The notes: generated by a model not told the origin, from the letters alone. Counted from the stretch's first letter, positions 11,044-21,039 are shown. The stretch is DNA of 64,000 nt from Candidatus Subterrananammoxibius californiae (GCA_030586555.1 JAURAC010000010.1:1-64000), one strand, 5' to 3'. Numbers and translations are program-made.

Positions 11044-12124
11044 AATTTTCAGGCTGACAACCCCTGATTAAATCAGGGGTGACAAGCTTATAGGCTGCCA
11101 CCAATCCAAAACACCCAGTTAACATCATGTCGCCGTATGGCGCTGCGAAGTAGTAATTTAATCCTTCCACCAATCTTCGCCTGGGTCCGACTACTGCGAC
11201 GAATTCAAAGCCGTTATCCTCTGGACACGCTGGATCTATGACACAACCGTGACCGCCGTCATCAAAAATATCTTTATTTGTGAGGGTTCTCTGTTGTAAG
11301 CCAATGATAGATTTTTTTAGTTTTTCAGGTGTAAGAGACGAGGTGTGGTGCTCAAATAATCCCCAAATCTTTTCACCTTGAAACAGGACTGCGAGTGTGT
11401 GCTGGTTGCCAATATTGACGATGGTTAATCCCTTATCCTTATAAGGCGCAACAACAGCGTCGAAAAGCGTACCCCAGATTGCTGCAGGACCGGTTTGCAT
11501 AACTATTGCGCGCCCGTCTTGCTGGCACCCGACATCTTCTTGAACGGCTTTCATCCTTGTGAAATACGGAGGCGGTTCTTCGTATACAAGGTCTTTTAGA
11601 AGGCCACCGGATTCTATAAATTCCTTCCAGAGCTTAAATCTAAATTCTCGGTTACTGCCGTTTAAACATTCTCCGTGGTCAAGAACGGCTATTGCAAACC
11701 TTTCTGGCATCTCTACCTCAAAGCATGCCAGTGCAGTGCGCAGTCCACACAAATCAATATCAGAAAGCTCTATTTGAGTCGTATGGGGTGGTCTTGATTC
11801 TACTATTTTTACCCCAAGACTTTCTACCTCGGAGGGATTGTCACGGATTGTCTTTGCAGCGAGAGGCGTTGAATAGACATGTAGACCCTTTTGTAAATGA
11901 CGTTTTATTGCACTAACGCATTTTCCTCCACCCATTATATTACCGCAAAGGAAGATGTCCTTATATTCAGATGTAGCCCTCTCAATTTGTCCTGCAATAA
12001 TGACCGTCCTGGAGGGCAATACAAGTTTAAAGCAGTTTTCTATGGGCTTACCTTCATCGTATAATAAAATATCCTGCGTTCCTGCGCCTATATCTATGGC
12101 TAATAAGCGAAATGGTTTTGTCAT
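11015..12124 (-). CDS. DUF1786-family protein (ASKHA-like fold)
   Basis: LAIDIGAGTQDILL, NIGNQHT, FEHHT, DGGHG, APYGDMMLTGCFGL. Confidence 0.8.
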   Translation of the reverse strand: MTKPFRLLAIDIGAGTQDILLYDEGKPIENCFKLVLPSRTVIIAGQIERATSEYKDIFLCGNIMGGGKCVSAIKRHLQKGLHVYSTPLAAKTIRDNPSEVESLGVKIVESRPPHTTQIELSDIDLCGLRTALACFEVEMPERFAIAVLDHGECLNGSNREFRFKLWKEFIESGGLLKDLVYEEPPPYFTRMKAVQEDVGCQQDGRAIVMQTGPAAIWGTLFDAVVAPYKDKGLTIVNIGNQHTLAVLFQGEKIWGLFEHHTSSLTPEKLKKSIIGLQQRTLTNKDIFDDGGHGCVIDPACPEDNGFEFVAVVGPRRRLVEGLNYYFAAPYGDMMLTGCFGLVAAYKLVTPDLIRGCQPENYEKILSPTI

Positions 12125-12218
12125 ACTTTTTGCTATTGTATATCTAAACACGGTAAAAATCAAGCATTTGGTACTTGTAATTTTTTCCTTATATTATTAT
12201 GATAATTGGCGTACTAAT

Positions 12219-12327
12219 GAATATCAAAAATCAAAGACCAAAAATCAAATTGACATACCAAAATCTAAAAATTAAATTTTGATTTTGCATTGTGTTTTTG
12301 ATATTGGATATTTGATTTTTGATTTTC
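12219..12327. repeat. Imperfect inverted array of heptamer repeats (AAATCAA / TTGATTT)
   Basis: Tandem aaaaatc-like units followed by their reverse complements, between divergent genes. Confidence 0.7.
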
Positions 12328-12376
12328 AATAACGTTGAGGAATCGGGGGGGGTAGGAGTAGGTAAGAGAGCGATTG

Positions 12377-13690
12377 ATGCCTGAAGAAATTGAAGAATCA
12401 GAAGAACGAATGTTGACATTTGGTGAGCACCTCGAGGAACTGAGGAGAAGGGTTATTGTTTCCCTCATAACTATATGCGTGTGTTTTATTCTGTGCTGGT
12501 GTGGTAGGACTTATCTTTTAGATATTGTAAAAAGGCCTCACACACTGGCAATGCAGAGGCTTCATCTGCCGACTGAGTTGAAGGTGCTGAGCTATCAAGA
12601 GGGTTTTTACTCTTATATGAAGTTATGCCTCATAGGGGCAATATTCCTGTCTTATCCGATAATTGTATATCAGGCATGGAAATTTGTCTCTGCTGGATTA
12701 TATAAACAGGAGCGTATGTATGCAAAGCTCTTTACCCCGGTTTCTTTTGGTGGTTTTATATTGGGAGGGCTGTTTGGATATTTTGTTTTAATCCCGATTG
12801 GGTTACAGTTTTTGATAGGCATGCTCGGTCCAGGCATCGAGCCTGTCATTACGATGGGTCAGTATGTTAGCCTTGTATTCCTGCTGATTCTTGCCCTCGG
12901 TATAGTTTTTCAGCTTCCACTGGTAATGTTTTTTATTTCGAAGCTGGGGATTTGTCGGGCTGAGGATTTTGTAAAGTGGCGAAAGTATGCCATTCTTGTG
13001 GTATTCATTGTTGCAGCCTTTCTGACGCCGACTCCAGACCCTTTTACCCAGCTTGCCACGGCAATACCCATGCTGGGGCTTTATGAGATTGGTATCCTCA
13101 TAGCAAAGCCTTCTAAAAAGAGCTTTGTCTATGTGGGCAGTTTATTAGGCATGACTGGCATTGGGGTAGGGGTGTTTTTTCTTTTATTTAATCTTTCTGC
13201 TGGAGCAACGCTTTTAAAGACAAATGAATCTGTTTACCTGCTTCCGAGGGGTGGTTCGAATTGGAAGCCCGTTGATGAGAAAATCAAGCTGTCTATAGGA
13301 GCAACATTAAAAACAGGAGAACAAGGGAAGGCGGCAGTATTATTAAAGGATGGTAGTTTGATTATTACTAATATGAATACGAGGATTAGAATTAACAAAG
13401 GGAGGTCTCTCGGTCTTATAACTGGACAGGTACTTATAACAATAAAAAAATCTGACAAACCCTTTGAGATTGCAACGGGCAATGGTAACGTAATAACCTC
13501 GGAGGGTGAAATTGATGTAGAAGCCTCAGAGTTCATGACAACAGTTACCGTTGTCAGGGGAAGCGCTACATTATCTGCTAATAATGAGGAAAAGAAGGTG
13601 TTTGAGGGAAGGCAGGCAAAGATGACGGTGGGTGGCGAGCCTGTTGATGTAAATGACATAACGAAGTGGGCGGGAGAAATAAAGCAATGA
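12377..13690 (+). CDS. tatC: Twin-arginine translocase TatC fused to a C-terminal FecR-like domain
   Basis: TFGEHLEELRRR, YQAWKFVSAGLY, FQLPLV and TPDPFTQ, then an extra TM helix and a FecR-like beta domain (LKTGEQGKAAVLLKDGS, TTVTVVRGSATL). Confidence 0.88.
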   Translation: MPEEIEESEERMLTFGEHLEELRRRVIVSLITICVCFILCWCGRTYLLDIVKRPHTLAMQRLHLPTELKVLSYQEGFYSYMKLCLIGAIFLSYPIIVYQAWKFVSAGLYKQERMYAKLFTPVSFGGFILGGLFGYFVLIPIGLQFLIGMLGPGIEPVITMGQYVSLVFLLILALGIVFQLPLVMFFISKLGICRAEDFVKWRKYAILVVFIVAAFLTPTPDPFTQLATAIPMLGLYEIGILIAKPSKKSFVYVGSLLGMTGIGVGVFFLLFNLSAGATLLKTNESVYLLPRGGSNWKPVDEKIKLSIGATLKTGEQGKAAVLLKDGSLIITNMNTRIRINKGRSLGLITGQVLITIKKSDKPFEIATGNGNVITSEGEIDVEASEFMTTVTVVRGSATLSANNEEKKVFEGRQAKMTVGGEPVDVNDITKWAGEIKQ

Positions 13691-13799
13691 GTGATGGGCA
13701 ATGAGCGATGGGTGATGATAAGTTAGAAGTAAGAAGGGAGAGGTTAGACGAAAAAAATCGTCTTACATCTCACATCTACCGTCTTCCGTACTCATTGCT

Positions 13800-14480
13800 T
13801 TAACTTATCGGAGAAGAAAGGTATTTAGCAAGCTCTTCAAATTGTGCCTTTCTTCTTCTTGCGTAAAGGAGCGTTCTTTGATACCTCTGAAGTTTCTCTC
13901 TTTTTTTGAGTTCCTGGACTTCGATGTCTTTTGATAGCCTGGGGATTATCTCATGCTGTGCTCCTATAAAGATTATGCCTGTTTCCCCATCATTCAGGGT
14001 TTCGTTAATTCGCCTGGCTATAAATTCATCCCTTCCTTTAAGTAATTTACCCTTTTCAAACTTGTACTTTAAGGCTGCTATTAACCGTTCAGGAGAGGAT
14101 TTTGCTTGCGCTATTTTTATAACATGCCCGTATTCCTTCATTATTATAGAAAGCTCTTCTGTCTTTATTAGCTTTGCCCCTCTTTGTATTAACCTGGAGA
14201 TAATCTCGTAGTTTTTACTGCCTTTACTAACGCCATCCTGAACAATCTTCATCCCCAGTTCTCCATTTTCGACTAATCCGTCCTGATATATTTTTAAGCC
14301 GTTAGCGTCTATTGTATCAAGGTAGTTAGAAATGGAACCCCACAGGGAAGCGACAGTCTCCTTGTGCCTTTTCCAATTCTCTTCGCCGCATAACGCCGTG
14401 CCTTTCTTGTCTATACTTGCAGAAACGCTGCCCATATCGGCGCTCATGTGAATAATAGGTACGTAAAGAAGTTTTTTCAT
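13800..14480 (-). CDS. Conserved hypothetical protein, last gene of the gas-vesicle cluster
   Basis: 226 aa ORF co-oriented with the cluster; motifs YVPIIH, KIYQDGL, RDEFIARRINETL, FIGAQH. Confidence 0.7.
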   Translation of the reverse strand: MKKLLYVPIIHMSADMGSVSASIDKKGTALCGEENWKRHKETVASLWGSISNYLDTIDANGLKIYQDGLVENGELGMKIVQDGVSKGSKNYEIISRLIQRGAKLIKTEELSIIMKEYGHVIKIAQAKSSPERLIAALKYKFEKGKLLKGRDEFIARRINETLNDGETGIIFIGAQHEIIPRLSKDIEVQELKKREKLQRYQRTLLYARRRKAQFEELAKYLSSPIS

Positions 14481-14535
14481 ATCCTTATTTTTTTCAACGA
14501 ACTTGAAGTTTGTTGCCTACCAGGATAAACCTATC

Positions 14536-14606
14536 GGTAGACAACGATGTTTACCATCGTTGATTTTAACGTCGTTTTTCAACGGACATAAAGTCCGTTG
14601 TCTACC
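14536..14606. repeat. REP/REPIN family GGTAGACAACG (also at 16314-16399, 18232-18298, 20971-21037, 21661-21720, 25756-25782, 27431-27488)
   Basis: Paired inverted units GTAGA-CAACGNNN-TTTAN-NNNCGTTG read directly at seven sites. Confidence 0.88.
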
Positions 14607-15256
14607 CTTTTCACCCTGGACGCTAAGGCATGTGAAAGCTGTACCAGGGCGGTTTTATCCTGGGCAGGAACTTTCGGGTCCTCCATCCACCCTAAGGCGC
14701 AGTCCTCATCTCCGAAGCCAAATGCCCTGAGTGCTACTTCCCACATACATGGTGCAGTACCATGGCAGTGCTTTTTCTTCAATCCCCCTAATTCCCCCTT
14801 TAATAAAGGGGGATACAGGGGGATTTCTGTCGTTTTCTTTAAGTTCGTTTTTGTTTCCATCTTTTGAACAGCGCTTTTTAAAGCATCCTTAATGACCTTC
14901 TTGAGATAATCGAGGTGAAAGGGCTTAGTAATATAATCGTCGGCATCCAACATCATTGCCGTTCTTGCCGACTCTATCGTACCATAGCCTGTTAGAATGA
15001 CCACCGGAAGACCATGTCTGATTGCCTTGAGTCGGCGCAGTGCATCTATCCCTCCCATTACCGGCATTATTATATCCAGCAGAACAAGGTCTGGCGCATC
15101 CTTTTTAACTACATCTATTGCTTCCTTGCCATTTTCTGCAACCAGTACATTATACCCCTCCTCAGTTAAGGTCTTCTTGAAGAGATTGCGTAGCTCTCGC
15201 TCATCGTCAACTATCAAGATACTTGGCTGGTATACGCGCTTAACTTTTTTTGTCAC
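14579..15256 (-). CDS. Response-regulator receiver domain protein with uncharacterised C-terminal extension
   Basis: ILIVDDE, LVLLDIIMP, VVILTGY, DYITKPF. Confidence 0.88.
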   Translation of the reverse strand: MTKKVKRVYQPSILIVDDERELRNLFKKTLTEEGYNVLVAENGKEAIDVVKKDAPDLVLLDIIMPVMGGIDALRRLKAIRHGLPVVILTGYGTIESARTAMMLDADDYITKPFHLDYLKKVIKDALKSAVQKMETKTNLKKTTEIPLYPPLLKGELGGLKKKHCHGTAPCMWEVALRAFGFGDEDCALGWMEDPKVPAQDKTALVQLSHALASRVKRVDNGLYVR

Positions 15257-15963
15257 GTTTTTGGGCTCTCTTTTTTTGGCAAGATTATTTGTAAGATGCC
15301 GTTCTTGAAGCGCTCCTCGGTATTTTCCAAATCAACGCCGGATGGTAGAACAATTTCTTCTCTAAATTCCTGGCTGCCTTTTTTGGCAAATATGACATAT
15401 TTGTCAGGCTTTATATCTATGTCAATCTCACCCCTTTTGAAGTTACCCAGGTCTATTATTATCTGAATCTCAGAGGCTTCATCAAAGACGTCAACCATAG
15501 GTTTCTTGAATGACTTTTCGAGGCGCTTAAACTGTGGTTTTGTTGTAAAGACCCATGGCTTGATTGTCGTGCCAGAGGCAGATTCGCCGTGGCGAACTTT
15601 GTCAAGCGGAGGTCTTGAAACGGTGCCAATAGCCAAATCGCCTGTACGACCTACGCCTGCGAGTGGAACGTTTGACGTATCGCCGCCCTCTTCGTAAGCG
15701 TTCTTGAGTTGAGCTAAAACTGCCTTGAAATTTGCAAGAGCTTGCCCTGAACTTGTTTCAGGGATTGATGGATGAGCAATCTTTTCTCTATGTCGCGTCG
15801 AAAAGCAAGTTCGAGGGACTTGCTTTTCAGCCCCTCGCATAGTCTTAATGTATCTGAGGCGACGATACGAGATTCTTTTCCTATCGGCTTGCTGTCTTTT
15901 TGTATATTTTTTCCCTATTTCGTCATCACTTGTCATCAATGTTTCTTCTTGTTCCTTTTTCAT
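15253..15963 (-). CDS. Hsp20/alpha-crystallin domain protein (GvpH-like); start uncertain
   Basis: C-terminal KPMVDVFDE...EEIVLP...FKNGILQIILPK. Confidence 0.75.
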   Translation of the reverse strand: MKKEQEETLMTSDDEIGKKYTKRQQADRKRISYRRLRYIKTMRGAEKQVPRTCFSTRHREKIAHPSIPETSSGQALANFKAVLAQLKNAYEEGGDTSNVPLAGVGRTGDLAIGTVSRPPLDKVRHGESASGTTIKPWVFTTKPQFKRLEKSFKKPMVDVFDEASEIQIIIDLGNFKRGEIDIDIKPDKYVIFAKKGSQEFREEIVLPSGVDLENTEERFKNGILQIILPKKESPKT

Positions 15964-15983
15964 TTCCAGTAGATGGCAAACAC

Positions 15984-16259
15984 TTAATTTTCGAGGGAAA
16001 CGGATTGGTGCATTTTCATTATTATGTCAACGGCTTGGATGCGCAGGCTTGAGATGATGTGACAATTCTTACAGTCGGTCTTTCTTTCATCATACTCTTC
16101 GCAAGACAAAAGCGGTTCTACCTCATTCATTATCTTTTCTGCGCACTCGGCTTTACCTGCTAAGTCCTTTGTATTATTAATTTCACTGGTCAGTTCTTTG
16201 AGTACCGTTTCCTCCCCTACAAATTTTGGACAGGTTATGCCATTAATCAATTCTTCCAC
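15984..16259 (-). CDS. Small Cys-rich hypothetical protein
   Basis: GTG start after AGGAG; CPKF...LLSC...DCKNCH; no signal peptide. Confidence 0.7.
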   Translation of the reverse strand: MEELINGITCPKFVGEETVLKELTSEINNTKDLAGKAECAEKIMNEVEPLLSCEEYDERKTDCKNCHIISSLRIQAVDIIMKMHQSVSLEN

Positions 16260-16405
16260 TTTTTCTTCTCCTTATTATATACTTTAACTACAGATTTGCA
16301 ATTGGTGAAAAGCGGTAGACAACGAGGTTTATTCGCCTTAGGCGGATTGAAATCAACGGACCCTCCTGAGGCGGGCAGGCATAAAGTCCGTTGTCTACCA
16401 GCTTC

Positions 16406-17224
16406 TCAGCCTGCCATTGAAAGACTGGTAACAAAGCTATATGGAGGCCAGGGCCCGGTAAAGCGTACATCGAAGCCTTTTTTCCTTTTAATCCTTCCGA
16501 GTTCTCGCCCTAATTCCTTTATCCTATCCTTCCTTATTAGCACGGCTATATTCATTAACATCTCTCGGTCTCCATCCTTTTTTACCTTTGCAACATATAT
16601 ATCCTCAACCGGCTTTCTGGCATGCGCCAGGAACTTACGATAATACTCATCAGCCTTTCTTTCTAATTCATGTTTCAATATCTTTTCTATCTTCTGGCGG
16701 TAAAAGTAAGCAACACCATCGGTTTTCGTACTCATCTCCTGTCTTAATTTATTTATTTCCTCATTTTCTTTTACAATTGCTAAACTTAACATCCTGGATT
16801 CCCAGAAAACTTGTATCCCCAATTCTGCCTTATCCCTGAATTCCTCCAATTTTAACTTAAGTGTATCATATTTGGATTGAAGCCATTCTGTTAAATTCTC
16901 ATCGGCAGTTTTTTGATTAGCAGGGGCGACTATAACGTCAAAACTCATGGGGATAACGGTACCAACGAGGTCCCACGCAGTCTCAACTACATTACTGTGT
17001 GCCACAACCCACGCTATCACACCCGAATCCCACCCTTTATAAGGCTCTGGACAACAGTTATGCACCAGTGCGCTGATGTCTTTGTAAGATATAGCGTAGA
17101 CATTGTTCTTATTGATTCCAATATTACCAAAATTGTTCTTCTTCGTTGTGGGTATAATGCAGTAGATATACCTGCAACATAAGACTTGAGTCTTTCCGCC
17201 TGAGGCGGATGAGTCTTGGGTCAT
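16406..17224 (-). CDS. GvpL/GvpF family gas vesicle protein
   Basis: RYIYCII, TVIPMSFD, FTGPWPPYSFV. Confidence 0.9.
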   Translation of the reverse strand: MTQDSSASGGKTQVLCCRYIYCIIPTTKKNNFGNIGINKNNVYAISYKDISALVHNCCPEPYKGWDSGVIAWVVAHSNVVETAWDLVGTVIPMSFDVIVAPANQKTADENLTEWLQSKYDTLKLKLEEFRDKAELGIQVFWESRMLSLAIVKENEEINKLRQEMSTKTDGVAYFYRQKIEKILKHELERKADEYYRKFLAHARKPVEDIYVAKVKKDGDREMLMNIAVLIRKDRIKELGRELGRIKRKKGFDVRFTGPWPPYSFVTSLSMAG

Positions 17225-17226
17225 AG

Positions 17227-17529
17227 TTATTGACTCCCAATTTGAACTGGGTTTATCAATTGATTCAAAACATCATCCACTATATCATCCAGTCCACTTC
17301 TTATGTTTTGAACCGCTTCTCCCACCCCATGTTCTTCCTTTATTTGTTCTATGGCAACATCGAGGTCCATCAGGGCACGTCCTAATCTATCTACTTCTTC
17401 CTCAGTTAGACTTTTCCCTTCTATTCTTTTAAGAGCCTGGAGCTTCAGGGCATCCCTTATTATTTCTACAAGGGCAAGCACCAACCCCAGAACACCTTGT
17501 TTAACGTTTTTTTCATCAATTTCAATCAC
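17227..17529 (-). CDS. gvpK: Gas vesicle protein GvpK
   Basis: GVLGLVLALVEIIRDALKLQALKRIEGKSLTEEEVDRLGRALMDL. Confidence 0.92.
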   Translation of the reverse strand: MIEIDEKNVKQGVLGLVLALVEIIRDALKLQALKRIEGKSLTEEEVDRLGRALMDLDVAIEQIKEEHGVGEAVQNIRSGLDDIVDDVLNQLINPVQIGSQ

Positions 17530-17801
17530 TTAGGAATACCCATTACCTTTTTGCGAGAAGGTAAGTCACAGGTGCGAATATCCCACTCCTTCATCATTCC
17601 GTACTTTAGCATTGTTTCCATACCAGCCACAGCTGCCCTTAAGTTTATGCCTATCAGAGGGATTCCTGCCAGGGTTATAACTATATCTGCACTAATCACC
17701 ACTCCCTTTTCGAGGACCCTATCCAACAGGTCAACTAAGGTGGCTTTCCTATCTCTGGCTTGCACTGAGCGAAGTGAACGTGTTGGTTTCATTATTTCCA
17801 T
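17526..17801 (-). CDS. GvpA/GvpJ-family minor gas vesicle protein
   Basis: TLVDLLDRVLEKGVVISADIVITLAGIPLIGINLRA. Confidence 0.88.
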   Translation of the reverse strand: MEIMKPTRSLRSVQARDRKATLVDLLDRVLEKGVVISADIVITLAGIPLIGINLRAAVAGMETMLKYGMMKEWDIRTCDLPSRKKVMGIPK

Positions 17802-17824
17802 TTTTACCTCTTTTCAGCGCAAAA

Positions 17825-18211
17825 TCATTTTATTTGGGTGGAGCCAGTCTCTGCTGGCTTGGCTCCGAGTCGGGTGCTAATCCAGCCACACCATGGGCAT
17901 CCTGTATCGAGTAATTTTTCTTTAGTTGCCTCCTTATTACATTGAGGACATCGTTCCAGCCCTGCTATAGCATCCTCCCATACACCAGCATCAAAATTGA
18001 TTCCCGATGGAAATTCCAACCCGTATTTTGCCGCCGTGGCAAAAGAGGCTAATGCAGCCCTCATCTTAATTCCCAACAATTCAACACCAACCAAAGAGAT
18101 GGTTATATCAGCATTAATCACTAAACCTTTATCGAGTATTCTATCTATGAGGTCAACGAGTGTGGCGCTCCTGTTGTATCCGTCCCTTTCAGGCTCAATT
18201 TCATAAGCCAT
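17825..18211 (-). CDS. gvpJ: GvpJ-family protein with C-terminal zinc ribbon
   Basis: TLVDLIDRILDKGLVINADITISLVGVELL...ASFATAAKYGL, then CPQC...CPWCGW. Confidence 0.82.
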   Translation of the reverse strand: MAYEIEPERDGYNRSATLVDLIDRILDKGLVINADITISLVGVELLGIKMRAALASFATAAKYGLEFPSGINFDAGVWEDAIAGLERCPQCNKEATKEKLLDTGCPWCGWISTRLGAKPAETGSTQIK

Positions 18212-18311
18212 TTTAATAGTTCTCCTATCTCGGTAGACAACGAGGTGTCCTTAGCTTTAGCTACGGAACACCGAGGTTTTATCCGCCTCAGGCGGATTGA
18301 TTCTCTGCTTT

Positions 18312-18905
18312 CTATGAAAGTTTTTTAAGCCTGAGTTTTAGTATCCCATTTTTGTAGATTGATTGGATATCATTAGCACTGACCGGAAAGGAAAGGGGCA
18401 TTTCTTTTCTGTATTTCCGCTTATCCGCCTCAGGCGGGTCCGAGTAGATGGTTAGGGCAAAAAGCAGGTCCCGACCCATGGCGTTCAGCCCTGGGTGCCC
18501 GCTTGCTTTTTGCTCCTTTATTTCATACTTTATGTCCTTTTCCTCTAATCCTGGCAATTCAGCTATTACCTCTATATAATCCTTTTCTTCAAATACATCT
18601 ACTATCGGCTCTCTAACCCTTTTGTCAGGTTTGCCAGGTAGCTTTCCGATAACATCTTTTACGGTAGAAATTGCCCCTGTACCAATATTAACTGACACAC
18701 CGAAAAGCCCTTTGCTCTTTTCATTTAAGTCTTTTATATCTTTGAGGTTGATTGCGGTGGATTTACTCTCATTCTGTAACTTTGTTATTACATCAATCAG
18801 GTTTCCTACACCCTTTAGCATGTCATCCAATCCGATATCTACCTCGACCTTTTTTTTATTTTCTGTCATACAGGTTTTACCTCCTTCCTCGCAACTCAAT
18901 CTCAT
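18312..18905 (-). CDS. Hsp20/alpha-crystallin protein (GvpH-like)
   Basis: REPIVDVFEE, VIAELPGLEEKDI, YKNGILKLRL. Confidence 0.85.
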   Translation of the reverse strand: MRLSCEEGGKTCMTENKKKVEVDIGLDDMLKGVGNLIDVITKLQNESKSTAINLKDIKDLNEKSKGLFGVSVNIGTGAISTVKDVIGKLPGKPDKRVREPIVDVFEEKDYIEVIAELPGLEEKDIKYEIKEQKASGHPGLNAMGRDLLFALTIYSDPPEADKRKYRKEMPLSFPVSANDIQSIYKNGILKLRLKKLS

Positions 18906-20944
18906 CCGCCATACATAAACCTGGCAAGAGAGCTTAAATTATTCATCCCCCTTATTTCCTCACGAAATAAGGGAATCTCAAAACTGCTATATTCAGGGAA
19001 TTTTGCCTTTATTTCTTCAATATACGTCTGCTGTTCGTTGCGTAGTGGTGCACAAAAGGCACATTTTGTTTCAGGGATAACCATATTGGTTATAAGATAT
19101 CGGCAGGGAATCTCAAGCTTAGCTATGGCACGGCATAGCCGCTCCGTCTCAATTATACCCATAGCTTCGGGAATAGTTACAACCACTAACTTGCTCTTCT
19201 TTTCATTTATCAATGAGGTTTGTATCCCTTTAATATCCCTTGAAAGTTTTACTAATTTTTCAATTGTACGTTCAAGTTGACACAGGCGCAGGGTTTCCCG
19301 ATATTTCAATATTGTTCTAAATATAAGCTTGAGCCAATCCAGTATTATGTGGGGAAGTTCCAGGAAACGTATCAGATGGCCAGTTGGCGCCGTGTCTAAG
19401 ATAAAGGTATCGTATTCATTTCTACCCGTCATCTCTGCAATCGTACTAAGGGCAATAATCTCATCCAGTCCCGGTGGGGATATGGTGAACAGTTCCTTCA
19501 TCACCCTGTAATCGTAAGTCATATCCACGGAGCGGTGTTTGAGCGGGCTAAAGACCGTGTCTATTTCTTTCATATATACCTCGGTAAGCTCTTTTAGCAT
19601 GCTTTCTGCGTCTATTTGAATAGCATAAAGATTGTTTATTTCATTTACTCGTGTTATCTCGTCTCCTATTGGATATTCAAAACTATCCGATAGGGAATGC
19701 GCAGGGTCCGTGGAAAAGACAAGTATTTTCTTATGTTTATTCTTTTTGGCGAGGTGGAGACCCGTTGCAGCAGCGACCGACGTCTTGCCTACACCACCCT
19801 TTCCTGCAAAAATAATGAATTGTAAATCCTTATTTAAGAGGCCTAATTTTCTGGTTCTATGGGGAAATACATTCTTGAATAACTTAATAAAGGGAGTGGT
19901 TTTTTTTACAGATTTAATACATGGGTCATAACCTTCGCCGAACAGAATTCTGGCAAATTCCCCTAAATACTCGGTTCCACGAACCTCATGCGGGAATAAG
20001 GGTATTTGGAAGATATTGTAGTCTGAGAATCTCTCCTCGACCTCCTGGATATGCCCTGTTTGATTTTGCCTTCTCGTGCTACAGAAGTCACATCCTTTGA
20101 CCGCAACAACACGGTTAAGGATAACACTATTAACCTTAATCCCAACCTTGTTCAAGACAACCAGAAATCTTTGTGTCTCAGCTATACTCATCGCCTCAGG
20201 AATCAAGACCAAAACGAACTCTGTCTTTCTGGAGTCTTTAAAAAGACCGGTCACCCTCTCAATGTCTCTGCTGAGGTCTTTCACGAATTTGCCCCCCTCG
20301 TCACCCTTGTATTGTCGTCGGGCAAATCGAGAATAGATATAATGATGTTTTTCTAACATTATACTCATAACCCTTACCCATTCCTTCATAAGACCGGGTA
20401 GAGCGAGAAGCCTGACTGTGTGTCCTGTGGGCGCTGTATCCAGGATAATCAGTTCATATTCCCTGTTTTTGGTTAACTCCATGACCTCCACGATAGCCAT
20501 AAGTTCATCCATACCTGGTAGAGTTAGGGAGAAAAAGTCCTCTATATCCTGCTGGTCAAGTAAGGTACCCCTATTGATTATTTTCTTAAGTTCGTTCTCA
20601 TGTTCTTCTTTGAACGCATCGAGTAGCTGGCAAGCGTTTGGCTGTAAGATAAAGAGATTATCAAAGCCTTTAAGGGGAATAATCTCATCCCCTACGGTTA
20701 TGTCAAAGCTGTCGGCTAAGGAATGGGCAGGGTCAGTTGAGACAACCAATATTTTCTTTTCAGGATTCCTTTGAGCCACATACAGCGCCGTGGCAGCGGC
20801 GGCGGTTGTCTTTCCAACGCCTCCTTTACCACCGAACAATACAAGTTCCAGCCCCTTGTTTTCCAGAAACCTTGTGCCAACCGCTGGTAAACTTAACGCC
20901 TCATCGAGCTGAACTGGTGTAGATGGATATGCGTAGTCTTGCAT
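18902..20944 (-). CDS. Tandem ArsA/Get3 (TRC40)-family ATPase
   Basis: Two copies each of GKGGVGKT, STDPAHSL, PGxDE, DTAPTGH and CxxC. Confidence 0.92.
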   Translation of the reverse strand: MQDYAYPSTPVQLDEALSLPAVGTRFLENKGLELVLFGGKGGVGKTTAAAATALYVAQRNPEKKILVVSTDPAHSLADSFDITVGDEIIPLKGFDNLFILQPNACQLLDAFKEEHENELKKIINRGTLLDQQDIEDFFSLTLPGMDELMAIVEVMELTKNREYELIILDTAPTGHTVRLLALPGLMKEWVRVMSIMLEKHHYIYSRFARRQYKGDEGGKFVKDLSRDIERVTGLFKDSRKTEFVLVLIPEAMSIAETQRFLVVLNKVGIKVNSVILNRVVAVKGCDFCSTRRQNQTGHIQEVEERFSDYNIFQIPLFPHEVRGTEYLGEFARILFGEGYDPCIKSVKKTTPFIKLFKNVFPHRTRKLGLLNKDLQFIIFAGKGGVGKTSVAAATGLHLAKKNKHKKILVFSTDPAHSLSDSFEYPIGDEITRVNEINNLYAIQIDAESMLKELTEVYMKEIDTVFSPLKHRSVDMTYDYRVMKELFTISPPGLDEIIALSTIAEMTGRNEYDTFILDTAPTGHLIRFLELPHIILDWLKLIFRTILKYRETLRLCQLERTIEKLVKLSRDIKGIQTSLINEKKSKLVVVTIPEAMGIIETERLCRAIAKLEIPCRYLITNMVIPETKCAFCAPLRNEQQTYIEEIKAKFPEYSSFEIPLFREEIRGMNNLSSLARFMYGG

Positions 20945-21039
20945 AAACTATGCCTCTGATGGCATGAATAAATCCGCCTCAAGCGGATAAAACCTCGGTG
21001 TTCCGTAGCTAAAGCTAAGGACACCTCGTTGCCTACTTC

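Noticed and set aside
15984..16259. c-type cytochrome based on CKNCH
   Set aside because: No signal peptide or TM anchor for export-dependent heme attachment; more likely a metal-binding site.
18902..20944. Arsenic resistance operon
   Set aside because: No arsB/acr3, arsC, arsD or arsR in the window; motifs are Get3-like and the gene is coupled to gvp/hsp20 genes.
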